Notes: a model not told the origin generated them from the letters alone. A stretch of 64,000 bases of DNA from Eledone cirrhosa (GCA_964016885.1 OZ024762.1:2728001-2792000), one strand, 5' to 3'. Positions 25,650 to 38,615 are shown, counted from the first letter of the stretch. Numbers and translations: made by a program.

Positions 25650-28600
25650 GGTATTAACTTGGATATTTACCATGCGACCCTCAGTTCCTACCTCACAATT
25701 TCCCTCCCCCCCACCCCCACACACCACCATAGTCTATTCGACCAATCAAACCTAGCATGCCATTTGCACTGCTGCTGCTGCTACTACCTGCCTAACTAAC
25801 TCTCTCCTCCTCTGGCGCATCCCAACACACCCTGCCATTACCCCACCACCACTGTCCTTCTAGCCCTCAATTTTCCCACCGTTATGGATGGATGAGCTGG
25901 GAATACACGAGCAACTCTGAATCAATAGATGAAATATGAATCTGCGAGCTACCAAGCACCCACGTGAAGCGCCAACCCAGAGACCCTCCCCTACGAGTGT
26001 CGACAAATGCCCAAAACTCCGAGTTGGTACCATCAATGTAGGCTCAATGAAAGGAAGAGCAGGAGAAATCGTAGAAATGCTAGAGCGAAAGGAAGTTGAT
26101 GTATGCTGTGTGCAAGAGACTAGATGGAGAGGAGGGTCTGCTAGAGTCCTTGTAGGAAAAAGCCAGTGCTACAAATTTTTCTGGGTGGGAAATGACGATG
26201 GGATGGGTGGTGTAGGTATACTATTAGCTGACAAGTGGGTAGATAAAGTAATCTCAGTGTACAGGGTAAATGCAAGAATCATTAAACTCAGACTAGTCCT
26301 GAATAAGACAATTACCACAATAATATCAGCTTACGCACCCCAATCGGGGCTGCCAGACGAACTTAAGGATAGGTTTTACGAGTCCCTAATACACACTACT
26401 GCTCTAACAGACGACAAGGACTTCCTAATCATTGCAGGAGATTTTAACGGACACGTAGGTAAACACTGCGACGGCTTCAATAGAGTACATGGAGGCCATG
26501 GAGTTGGCACAAGGAATGAGGAAGGATTCAGACTTCTAGAATTCTGCGACGCCAATGACATGTCGATATGTAACACAAACTTTAAAAAACCCGACAACCA
26601 CCTGATCACCTATAGATCAGGGGAGCACTCTAGTCAGTTAGATTTTATCCTCATCAGAGGACGTGACAGATGGACGGTCGTAAACACAAAAGCCTTCCCT
26701 AGTGAGGAATGTACATCCCAACATAGCTTAGTTGTCAGCGACCTCACGGTCAGAACTAGACGAGCCCTGAAACAGAGGCCAACCTGGAGAAGAAAGATCT
26801 GGAAGCTGAAAGTCCCCTCAACCAGTAACAGATTTAAAGATATTTTACTCAACGCCTACGACAGTAAAGAAGAACAGATAGAGACATTTAACGTAGAAGA
26901 GAACTGGGAGTTCCTAAAAAATAACTTACTAGAGGCGACGGATGAGGTTTGTGGCTGGAGTAAGACCTCAAGCAGGAGGAGAGTGACTTGGTGGTGGAAC
27001 AATAAGGTAGATGAAGCAGTCAAGGCCAAGAGACAGGCATGGAAAGAATGGAAGAACGGGGGGAGCAGGGTACATTACATAGAGACCAAGAGGGAAGCTA
27101 GGCGACAAGTATACTTAGCTAGGAGGGAAGCAGAGGATAGAAAATTCAAGCATGTTTTACAACGTGAGGACCAGAAACAGGAGGTATTCAAGATTGCGAG
27201 GCAGTGTGTCAGAGATAGTTGTGATGTCATTGGAGAGAAGTGTATCCGGAATGATAAAGGTGAGCTTGCCCTCACAAGTGCTGAGAAGAAAGATGCATGG
27301 AAGAGTCATTATGATAGATTACTAAATGAGGAGAATGCATGGGAAGAAGAGACCCTACCCCACGTAGACCCTATAGAGGGACCAGCAGTACAAGTCAGCG
27401 GCAGCGTAGTAAGTAAGGCAATCAGAGATATGAAGATAGGGAAGGCAACCGGTCCATCGGGTATAGCTGCCGAGATGCTGAAGGCATCTGGGTCTGTAGG
27501 TCACACTATAACCACACGTATCGTTAACCAGGTAATACTAGAGGGGGCCATACCAAAAGATTGGTGCAGTAGCATCATTGTCAACTGCTACAAAGGTAAA
27601 GGCGATGCACTAGATAGAGGAAACTATAGAGGTATAAAGTTGATGGACCAGGTCATGAAAGTAACAGAAAGAGTTATAGCACAGCTGATTAGGGACCGGG
27701 TGAATATAGACGAGATGCAATTTGGGTTTGTTCCAGGGAAAGGCACCACTGATGCGCTCTTCCTTGTGAGGCAATTACAGGAAAAGTACCTAGCTAAAAG
27801 TAAGCCACTCTACTTGGCATTTGTCGACCTTGAGAAAGCCTTTGACAGAGTTCCACGTGCAGTAATCTGGTGGGCTCTTAGAAAACTAGGAGTAGATGAA
27901 TGGCTTGTGAAAGCGGTACAAGCCATGTATAGGGGAGCAGTCAGCAAAGTTAGGATTGGCAATGAGTATAGCGAGGAATTTAGCGTACAGGTTGGGGTCC
28001 ACCAGGGCTCTGTTCTTAGCCCTCTCCTGTTCATCATAGTCCTGCAGGCAATAACGGAGGAGTTTAAGACCGGATGCCCATGGGAACTCCTGTATGCTGA
28101 TGACCTCGCACTCATAGCTGAATCTATGGTAGAACTAGAGAATAAATTCCAAACCTGGAAGCAGGGACTAGAGAGAAAGGGCCTCAAAGTCAACATGACA
28201 AAGACTAAGGTCCTTATAAGTAGACGAGAAAACAGAACCCAGATCCCCTCAGGGAAATGGCCTTGCTCAGTATGTAGGAAAGGTGTAGGTAGGAACTCCA
28301 TTCTTTGCCCCAAATGCAAACAATGGGTACACAAGAGATGTAGCGGGATCTCAGGAAGCTTAATTAAGAATGTAGGATTCACATGCAGCAGCTGTGCTGA
28401 AACAGCAAGCAAACAGCCACAGGAAACAAGTACCACCAATCTCTGGGAGGGCCCTGTAGAAACAGTAGACAGCTTCTGCTACCTAGGTGACCGAATTAGC
28501 AACGGAGGTGGGTGCTCAGAAAGTACAATAACTAGGGTAAGAACGGGATGGAAGAAGTTTAGGGAACTACTACCACTGCTAGCTGCAAAAGGCTTCTCCC

Positions 28601-29338
28601 TCAGAATGAAAGGCAGACTGTATGATGCGTGTATCCGAACAGCGATGTTGCATGGTAGTGAGACCTGGGCGCTGAAGGTGGAAGACTTACGTAGATTAGA
28701 GAGAAACGAAGCCTGCATGCTCCGATGGATGTGTAACAGTAATATACGTGAACGACAAAGCATAAATGAATTGAGAGAGAGACTGAGCATAAGAGGAATC
28801 AAATGCTGCGTGCAGGAGAGGCGGTTACGCTGGTATGGACATGTGATGCGTATGAAGGATGACAGCTGCATAAAAAGGTGCAGAGCACTAGAAGTTGATG
28901 GAAACCGCGGAGTGGGGAGACCCAAGATGACTTGGGATGAGGTGATAAAAGCCGACCTTACCCAACTACACCTCTCAAAGTCAATGACACACGACCGTGA
29001 CTTCTGGCGTCACGCAGTAATACAGGGTACCCGACCTCCCATGGGTACATGCTGAAGCATATAAACAATATGCCCCCCCCCCCCCCACCGCAAGGTGGTC
29101 GTGGAGGTGCCACGGCAAAAAAGCACCCAGCCCACACTGTAAAGTGGACGTGTAGGCGCCACGAAAAAGCACCCAGCACTCACTGTAAATGAGGTTGGTG
29201 TTAGGAAGGGCATCCAGCTGTAGAAATCAAGCCAGATCAGTTCCTGTATGAGCAAGGCATGGTCAGCCGACCAGACACTGCCCACAACAGGACAACCCGT
29301 CTAACCCATGCTAGCGTGGAAGAACGGACGTAAAACGG

Positions 29339-29369
<31 letters not shown>
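25650..29369 (+). mobile_element. Near full-length RTE-type non-LTR retrotransposon
   Basis: Intact EN-RT ORF, about 300-nt 3' UTR ending GGACGTAAAACGGT(GAT)n; identical 20-mer ATATATATCTTTATATATAT at 25630-25649 and 29368-29387 (candidate TSD). Confidence 0.93.
25936..29055 (+). CDS. LINE ORF (1039 aa): APE-like endonuclease + reverse transcriptase with inserted PHD finger
   Basis: EN motifs GTINV, VQETRW, AYAPQ, GDFNGH, QLDFIL, SQH; RT motifs NYRGIKL, QFGF, FVDLEKAFD, GVHQGSVLSP, LYADD (28093-28104), FCYLG; RTE-type C-terminus RRLRWYGHV..GRPKMTW. Confidence 0.97.
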   Translation: MNLRATKHPREAPTQRPSPTSVDKCPKLRVGTINVGSMKGRAGEIVEMLERKEVDVCCVQETRWRGGSARVLVGKSQCYKFFWVGNDDGMGGVGILLADKWVDKVISVYRVNARIIKLRLVLNKTITTIISAYAPQSGLPDELKDRFYESLIHTTALTDDKDFLIIAGDFNGHVGKHCDGFNRVHGGHGVGTRNEEGFRLLEFCDANDMSICNTNFKKPDNHLITYRSGEHSSQLDFILIRGRDRWTVVNTKAFPSEECTSQHSLVVSDLTVRTRRALKQRPTWRRKIWKLKVPSTSNRFKDILLNAYDSKEEQIETFNVEENWEFLKNNLLEATDEVCGWSKTSSRRRVTWWWNNKVDEAVKAKRQAWKEWKNGGSRVHYIETKREARRQVYLARREAEDRKFKHVLQREDQKQEVFKIARQCVRDSCDVIGEKCIRNDKGELALTSAEKKDAWKSHYDRLLNEENAWEEETLPHVDPIEGPAVQVSGSVVSKAIRDMKIGKATGPSGIAAEMLKASGSVGHTITTRIVNQVILEGAIPKDWCSSIIVNCYKGKGDALDRGNYRGIKLMDQVMKVTERVIAQLIRDRVNIDEMQFGFVPGKGTTDALFLVRQLQEKYLAKSKPLYLAFVDLEKAFDRVPRAVIWWALRKLGVDEWLVKAVQAMYRGAVSKVRIGNEYSEEFSVQVGVHQGSVLSPLLFIIVLQAITEEFKTGCPWELLYADDLALIAESMVELENKFQTWKQGLERKGLKVNMTKTKVLISRRENRTQIPSGKWPCSVCRKGVGRNSILCPKCKQWVHKRCSGISGSLIKNVGFTCSSCAETASKQPQETSTTNLWEGPVETVDSFCYLGDRISNGGGCSESTITRVRTGWKKFRELLPLLAAKGFSLRMKGRLYDACIRTAMLHGSETWALKVEDLRRLERNEACMLRWMCNSNIRERQSINELRERLSIRGIKCCVQERRLRWYGHVMRMKDDSCIKRCRALEVDGNRGVGRPKMTWDEVIKADLTQLHLSKSMTHDRDFWRHAVIQGTRPPMGTC

Positions 29370-29390
29370 ATATATCTTTATATATATCTT

Positions 29391-29427
<37 letters not shown>

Positions 29428-30025
29428 ATATCTTTATATATACATTTGTATATATATATATATATGTATATAAAATGTGTGTGTAACTATTTACAAGTGA
29501 AGCTCACACCAGAAAAAACGTACAACAGATGTACAACAGACATACACCAGATGTACAACAGATGCACCACAACATATTCAATATATTTAATATGTTTTGC
29601 CATGAAAATGGCAGTGTTGTATCAGATGTAATCTTCTTACAAGAATCTGGCAGCATTAATCTAAGAATTTGGCAATTTACAAATGGACTTTTGCAGTTCA
29701 TGGCATGCACGTATGCACAACTACACATGCAGCGATGCATATGAAACTAAATACTTAGATACACTCTCTTATAATGCAGTAATTATTTACCTTCAATGCA
29801 CTTTAATATAGCAGCAATGTAGTTAGGATGTTGTACATGAGCAGCAGTGTATTCCTCTCTTAACCTGTTCAGTGTATTAGCCAAGTCTCTTTAAACACAC
29901 TCCTCTTGCCATCCTCTCCCTTCCACCTTACTCTTTCCTCATGACTTTTAAGGTAGGGGACGACCTTTAAGACATTGAAGAGGGAGAAGGAGTTCTTATG
30001 TAGCTACTTGATACATACCCCCCCT

Positions 30026-30084
<59 letters not shown>

Positions 30085-30091
<7 letters not shown>

Positions 30092-30420
30092 AAATAAAAT
30101 AAATAAGTCAAATGTTTAAAGGTTGGCTTCGTTTATTACTGCTATATATATTTCGGTGACAGCCATCTTTGGCTGTGACCTCTTCAGGCAGTCCGAATTA
30201 GTGTGGTATGTTCGGACTGCCTGAAGAGGTCACAGCCAAAGATGGCTGTCACCGAAATATATATAGCAGTAATAAACGAAGCCAAACTTTAAACATTTGA
30301 CTTATTTATTTTATTTTATTTTACATTACTCCGGAGTAACCAAACCAACCTGCGCACTTCGTCGAGTGCACCAGCCTGCATACTGAGGTGTTGGTATACA
30401 ACCAACATATACTCAAAATA
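30085..30420 (+). mobile_element. Foldback element with minimal type I hammerhead ribozyme (Penelope-like pLTR)
   Basis: 113-bp arms 30085-30197/30211-30323, one mismatch, 13-nt loop, plus one-sided 3' tail. Confidence 0.8.
30216..30270 (+). ncRNA. Minimal type I hammerhead ribozyme
   Basis: ACTGC-CTGAAGA-GGTCACAGCCA(AAGA)TGGCTGTCACC-GAAA-T(ATAT)A-TA^GCAGT, followed by AATAAA; mirrored copy on minus strand in left arm. Confidence 0.8.
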
Positions 30421-32999
30421 TATACAATATATTAATAAATGGAAACTATAATTATAAAACCATAATTATTTTATATATATTTCAAGGGTGATCAAGGTAA
30501 ATTATGGTGCGCTTTCATCAGATAAAATACAGATTTGTTTTATAAATAAATATTGACATACCCGGAAAAAAGACAACCTCAACGTTGAGGTTGCCTCTTT
30601 ATATATAGTTATATATAGTTTCCACTAACTGTTGAGTGCTTTATATCAGTTATAAAAATGTTTATCATAACAAATTAAATATAACCGCTGCATATATATA
30701 TATATATATATATATAAATCAGGAGTGAATCAATTTGAAACTAAGACCATTACTCAACAGAGTACTCGATACTTGGAGTAGTAGAGTATGGTTATATTAT
30801 AAAGAGTACATAGCTCCAAGTAGAACCTTTATGTCCCTCACCTCCTTTCTATCATACTCACCCTATCCTTCTCTAGGAGAAATCAACTGTGTTCACACCT
30901 GAAGAGGAGATTGACTCTGCCAGGTTTTAAAACTTCCCAAGACACACTGTATGTCACTAAGGTGCCTGTACAACCCCACCATGAGTTATGGCTGCACACA
31001 CACATATACATACACATACATACATATAAGTATGACCAAGACCATATATGCCTAAACTAGAATGGAAAATTTAAACCACACATCTTTCAAAACCATGCCT
31101 CTGCCCTCTCAGACAAACAATAACCATTTATCATATCAATCACCAACACTAAAAATATAGTCATTTCTATGGCATGGCCTGGCCCTTTGTGCCAGTTTTC
31201 TACAGCTAGAAGCCATTCCTATCACCAACCACTTGAACACCATCTACAGAAGTTACTCCCAACACATGTTGGTGTACATCTGGCACCATCTATACCAAGG
31301 CAGTTTTGGTAGACAATACTATTAGAAACTCCTGTTTCACATCCTCCACACATGTGATTGTACATCTAGCATCACCCATGCGCCAATTTCTTTACACTTT
31401 GCAATTGATCATCGCTGTTTTTATCTCAAAGTGGGGCACAAAGATATTTGAGATGTTGAGGTGGGACATGGGGCACAAAAGGTTCGAAACCACTGCTCTA
31501 CAGGGACCACATTCACATGATATACAAGTGTCTTTCTTAGACTCCCACCAGCAGAGATATGATTCTGTTATTACATCAGTTATATTACAGCACAGCAACC
31601 ATATTTTGTGAACAAGTGTAACTTACTTTCATAATATTTCTATTGACTAGTTTGTGTGAAGGCTTACTGCGATGGAACTGTTAACATATGCTATGTATCA
31701 AAGAGAGCTGGTGGGTATATTGGCTGCCATGTTTGGAAGGGGTGGGTTGTTGCTACACCAGTATTTCCATATTTCTGTTTTTCATGTCATATATATCGAT
31801 ATTATGAGGAATATTGTGGTTTTTCTTTGTATTGCCTCCATTTCTAGCATAACATCGCAATAATAAGCAACACTAGTGAAGGGCGCTTTGTCTGAAGATT
31901 TATATATATGTAGGTGTGTAAATATATATACACAAACACAAACGTGTGTGTGTATATACATTTCTATACATGCTACGTGTATAAATTTGTCAAAACAGAT
32001 TGAGATGCAGATTAGTGTGACTGTTTGTTATATATATATATATATATATATATATAACAGTCACACTATATATATATATATATATAACAGTCACACTATA
32101 TATATATATATATTATATATATATATACACACAGCTATGGTATGTATATATTTATGTAATTCTGAATATTATTCAGAATATTACATGGATACTACCACCA
32201 CTACTACCACCAACACCACCACCAACACTACCACCACCACCAACACCACTACTACCACCACCACCACCAACACCACTACTACCACCACCAACACCACCAC
32301 CACCACTACCACCACCACCACTACTACCACCACCACTACCACCACCACCACCACCACCAACACCACCACCACCAACACCACCACCACCATCACCACCACC
32401 ACCACCACCACTTTACCAAAATCTCTGACAAAAGGAATCCAGAGACATCAGATCTGACATCAAGCCAATTGGGAGGTGCCCTATGTGGGGCTGTGGTCAG
32501 CTCTCTGTCTCCCTGTGTGTGTATGGGGGGTGGCTGGAGGAGACTGGTACATGTGTGGAGCTGTGGACGTGTGTGTTTTATATTCACATACACACTGGGG
32601 CATATATATACATAGTTACATCTCTATATTTATATATATATTATATATTTATATATATTATATATATTTATATAATTATATATTATATTTATATATATAT
32701 TATATATTTATATATATTATATATGTATATATATTTTATATATATTATATATATATTATATATTTATTTTATATTATATATTTATATATATTATATATTT
32801 ATATATATCTCTATCTATATATATATATATATTATATATTATATATTTTTATATATATATATATTTATATTTATATATATATCTATCTATATATTATATA
32901 TATATTATATATTTTTATATATTATATATTTATATATATATATCTGTCTATATATATTATATATATTTATATATATATATCTATACCTATCTATATATT

Positions 33000-33037
<38 letters not shown>

Positions 33038-33089
33038 TTGCTAGCAGGGAAAATGGATGCCAAAGGGTGTTGATAATAACAATGATGAT

Positions 33090-33125
<36 letters not shown>

Positions 33126-33324
33126 AACACAGATATATACATATGTACACATATACACAGATATAAGTACGTACATAAACATTGTTATATACACCAATCG
33201 ATATGGTCAGATATCAGATCATGTTGATATTAATATTGATTACAGCATCTATAGCTTCTAGTGGTGAGGGTGGATGGATGGTTGTGGTGTGGCTGTGAGG
33301 TCACTGGGTGGTTAAAGGGCCACC

Positions 33325-33670
33325 TAGGATTTGGTCCAGCGACTCCCACAATTTGGTCCAGTGACTTCCACGATTTGACCCAGCACTACCCATCATTTGG
33401 TCCAGTGACTCCCATCATTTGGTCCAGTGACTCCCATCATTTGACCCAGCACTACCCATCATTTGGTCCAGTGACTTCCACGATCTGACCCAGCACTACC
33501 CATCATTTGGTCCAGTGACTCCCATCATTTGGTCCAGGGACTCCCACGATTTGGTCCAGTGACTTCCACCTTTTGGCCCAGCATCTCCCACGATTTGGTC
33601 CAGCAACTCCCATGATTTGACCCAACATTATCCATGATTTGGTCCAGTGACTCCTGTGATTTGGCCCAAC
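33325..33670. repeat. 21-22 bp minisatellite
   Basis: ATTTGGTCCAGTGACTCCCA(T)C units. Confidence 0.85.
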
Positions 33671-34896
33671 GACTGCTTATTCAATATATTCTCACTCCAC
33701 CACCTGAGGACCCCAGAGTTTTAAGGGAGTTATCTCTGCAACACTAATACAGAAACATTGAGAATCCCGTAAAACCACAAACACACCATACACACACATA
33801 CATACACACATATATATATACATACACATACACAGATACACCACACACCACACACCACACCACACATACACATCACATACACACACCACACACCACACTA
33901 CACCACACCACACCACACCACACCACCACACATGGAATGATTTACAGCCTGCAATTGTTCCATTTGATAAAACTCTCTCAATATTATTATTATTATTACT
34001 GGTTTAATCTTTTGTTAAAATATCATTATCAGATTAATTTTTATTAAATTAATTATTTTTTTCTTTCTATCTTTTTCTTACTTTCAGTTTATCTCCATTT
34101 TGACACACCCACCCCACCTACTCCTTCCCCCACCCCACCTACCCGTTCCTCTACCCCCACCTACCACCTCCCCACCCCACCTACCCCTTCCTCCCAACCT
34201 ACCACTTCCCCCACCCAATCACCCACTCATATATCTACTCTTCCACCCTAACCACCCCTCCAGTCTTCCAACCACCCCCTTTCACCTCTCCACCCCACCC
34301 ACTTATCTACCACCCACCGCCCTCTCCATCCCCCACCCTCTCCACCTACCCCTCCCAACTAAACCTGAAACAGTTATTAATTAAATTGATTTATTTATTC
34401 TCAATGTCGCGAATTATTGACCAGACAACAACAACAATTACAACAATAATAACTACAACAACAACAAAGAAAAATCTAAAATTTAAAAACAAATAAAAGA
34501 CAAAAGAAAAACTGTGGCTAAATTGATGAGATTAGAATGTTTGTTGTTTCTTTCTTTGTTTTTTAGAGGTGGGGGAGGGGATTATGGATGGGTGGAGGTG
34601 GAGGTGGTGGTGGGAGATGACGAGGGGGGAGACGGGGTGGTTATTATTTTTATTTATACCTTTGTTGTTGCTGTTGTTGTTTTAAAGTTGAGTTTACTGG
34701 AAAAATTAAATTTTCTTTGATGTTGTTGTTGTTTTGGCGGTAGGGGGTGTGTGTGTCTTTGAAGATATGTGGCTGAATATTCCTGACACATCTAAAGCTG
34801 CTATGGTTGGTGTATACAATGGCATGTATGTATGTGTATATATATGAGTGTGATTGTATGTGTATATATATATATATATATATGTGTGTGTATATA

Positions 34897-35286
34897 GTGG
34901 TAGCTATGGTGCTTCCATAGGCGGTATGCCAACATTAGCACTCGATATTCATCAGAGTAGAGTGTAGATATTATCAAGAAAACGAAAAATCAGTGATGCA
35001 TCTGGACTTTATTTTGTGTTACAAATGTTTCACCGTCATGTAGCTCGAGTCATGGTCCTTGTATGGATCTGGCTGATTCTACTTCTGCCGGTTCTTTCAG
35101 ACACGGCTGTTATGTCCGGAGCAAATTTTATCCGGACATAACAGCCGTGTCTGAAAGAACCCACAGAAGTAGAATCAGCCAGATCCATACAAGGACCATG
35201 ACTCGAGCTACATGACGGTGAAACATTTGTAACACAAAATAAACCAAGTCCAGATGCATCACTGATTTTTCGTTTTCTTTATAATA
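34897..35286 (-). mobile_element. Foldback element with hammerhead-like core (Penelope-like pLTR)
   Basis: About 150-bp arms 34969-35120/35131-35286, 10-nt loop; GTGT-CTGAAAGA-ACC(G)...(C)GGT-GAAA-C(ATTT)G-TA^ACAC then AATAAA. Confidence 0.65.
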
Positions 35287-35368
35287 TATATGTATATATA
35301 TATATCTATGTATGTATATATATATATCTATGTATGTATATATATAGATATATATATATGAATGTATG

Positions 35369-35403
<35 letters not shown>

Positions 35404-38325
35404 ATAAGACATAAGACAAGTTAAAGTGCCTGACTAGATGCCTTGCTGTATTTGTTCCACCTCTCTGCACTGACTTGTTACCTTTCATCCCTCCTCATCA
35501 CATGACTCAACCATCTCATCCTACTTCTCTCCACAACAGTCACCACTGGCTCCATTCCTTCCTCATCACATGACCTAACCATCACAGGTCCTAAACATCT
35601 TTATCTTCCTCTCCCTGAGGACCTCATCACCAATATAACTGGATCCCAGATGAGCAACATTCTTAGGTATATTCTGCCACCTACTGTCTCAGTTACCATG
35701 ACGGCAACTACTACCAGCACCACCACTTGTGTGGTGTGTGTGTGTGTAGTTATGTAGTGGTGTGTGTGTGTAGTTATGCAGTGGTGTATGTGTATGTAGT
35801 TATGCAGTGGTGTGTGTGTATGTAGTTATGTAGTGGTGTGTGTGTGTAGTTATGTAGTGGTGTGTGTAGCTATGTAGTGGTGTGTGTGTGTGTGTGTAGC
35901 TATGTAGTGGTGTGTGTGTGTGTGTGTAGCTATGTAGTGGTGTGTATGTAGTTATGTGGTGGTGTATGTGTAGCTATGTGGTGTGTGTGTGTAGCTATGT
36001 GGTGTGTGTGTGTAGCTATGTAGTGGTGTGTGTGTGTGTGTAGCTATGTGGTGTGTGTGTATCTGATGCCAGGCCAACTTTCCTGATGGTGTTGGCAACT
36101 GAGGAAGAAATGTCTTCAAGACAAAATTAGATTTTAGTGAGGAATAAATTCCACCAAACTTTTGGAAGAAGAAAAGAAGGAATGTGTGTGTGGTTGTGTG
36201 GTCAGTGTGTGTGTATGGTTGTGTGGTCAGTGTGTGTGTGGTTGTGTGGTCAGTGTGTGTGTGTGGTTGTGTGGTCAGTGTGTGTGTGTGGTTGTGTGGT
36301 CAGTGTGTGTGTGGTTGTGTGGTTGTGTGGTCAGTGTGTGTATGTGTGTGGTTGTGTGGTTAGTGTGTGTATGTGTGTGCGTGGTTGTGTGGTCAGTGTG
36401 TGTGTGGTGTGGTCAGTGTGTGTGTGGTCAGTGTGTGTGTGTGTTGTTGTGTGATCAGTGTGTGGTTGTGTGGTCAGTGTGTGTGGTTGTGTGGTCAGTG
36501 TGTGGTTGTGTGGTCAGTGTGTGTGTGTGGTTGTGTGGTCATTGTGTGTGTGTGTGGTTGTGTGGTCAGTGTGTGTGGTTGTGTGGTCAGTGTGTGTATG
36601 TGTGTGGTTGTGTGGTCAGTGTGTGTGTGTGGATGACAAGTAGGAATATTTGAAGTGAATGAAAATATATTTTTTGCAGATTTTTAACAAACTTCGGTTA
36701 AATATACACCTTGTCTTGTGTGTGTGTATGTATGTCTATGTATGTATGTATGTGTGTATATGTATGTCTATGTATGTATGTATGTGTGTGTGTATATGTA
36801 TGTCTATGTTTGTATGTATGTGTGTGTGTGTTTGTAACGTGTCAATATTTACATTGCGTGTATGTTTGCCTCTGGTGTAAAAGCTAATTTTAAGATATAT
36901 ATGGTGTGTGTGTATGTGTATATCTACGTATGTATGTATAAGAATGTATGTATATATGTATAAGAATGTATGTATATATGTGTGTATATATTATATATGT
37001 AAGGGTGTGTGTATGTAGTGGAGTTGTAGAGGTGGTACCGTTGTGATATACATGTCTTGGACATTTTAAGCCTGGTAGAGCCCACCCCCTTCAGGTCTGA
37101 ACACAGCTGATCTTATAGAAAGAGGGGGGAAATGAGGAAGAATTGACCCCAGTACAAAACTGGTACTTTATTTTATTAAGCTGAAAAGAAAGGCAAAGTT
37201 GACCTCGGCAGGATTTGAACTGAGATACAGATGCATGTGAAAGGTGACAGGTTCATTATCACATCATTGTTTAATGTCTGCTCTCCCTATTAACAAGGGT
37301 TGGACGGGTCTACATAGACCAAGTCAGTACTGAAGCGGGGCTACAGACCTCCTGCCGAAGAGGTCTGCACCCTGCTGACATACGATCATATCAAGTGAAG
37401 AGAAGTTGTCTTCTCCTTGACACAAACAGAACGGTCCTTCCAACCCTTTGGCATGTTTTCTATGACTGGATGCTCTTTACAGAGGGTACTGGTGTGTTAA
37501 TCATGTAGATCCCCCACCCTAGGTAGGCTGTCATGTCTTTGACACAACAGAAGGGTCCTCCTTGGCTTGGCAAGTTTGTTAATTTAATAATTCCTTGATT
37601 TCATTTGTTGGTGTGACTTAATCTTCATAAGCTTCAAGCTACTGACACTAGCACCACCACCAATACTACCACTGCTATACCACCACCACCACCATCACTA
37701 TACCACCACCACCATCACCACTACCACCACCACCACCTCTACCACCACCATCACCACCACCATCACTACCACCACCACCACCAGCACCATCACCACCACC
37801 ACTATACCACCATCACCACCACCACCATCACCACCACCACCACCATCACCACCACCACCACCACCACCACCATCACCACCACCACCACCATCACCATCAC
37901 CACCACCACCATCACCACCACCACCACCAACACCACCACCACCACCACCATCACCAACATCACCACCACCACCACCACCACCACCAACAACAACAACATC
38001 ACCACCACCACCACCAACATCACCATCACCACCATCACCATCACCACCACCACCGCCACCACCACCACCACCGCCACCACCACCACCACCACTACCACCA
38101 CCACCACCATCACCACCATCACCAACATCACCACCACCACCACCACCACCACCACCTTTGATATTATCATCTATAAATCAATCACCTCTTTAAGAACTCC
38201 AAAGATCTTCCAGTGGTGATTGAATATATTGATGAATTAGAAAAAAACTGATTGATCTGCGATCTATAGTTATGACAGTCTTCTATAACATCGAACACAT
38301 TATCCTGATTGATTTTATTCACTGG

Positions 38326-38384
<59 letters not shown>

Positions 38385-38441
38385 GAATATGGACGTTAAA
38401 CGATGATGATGATGTGTGTGTATTATATATATGTACGCATG

Positions 38442-38479
<38 letters not shown>

Positions 38480-38514
38480 CGTATATATATATATATATAT
38501 ATATACATACATAC

Positions 38515-38552
<38 letters not shown>

Positions 38553-38560
38553 ATATATAC

Positions 38561-38594
<34 letters not shown>

Positions 38595-38615
38595 ATACAT
38601 ACATACATATATATA

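Noticed and set aside
25650-25935. HDV-like ribozyme at LINE 5' end
   Set aside because: Could not identify the nested double pseudoknot by eye; element may be slightly 5'-truncated
30574-30593. Perfect 20-bp palindrome CAACCTCAACGTTGAGGTTG
   Set aside because: Isolated; no Helitron CTRR end or second copy visible to give it meaning
30895-30930. Additional hammerhead (CTGAAGA-GGAG..CTCT)
   Set aside because: No GAAA or cleavage triplet after the stem
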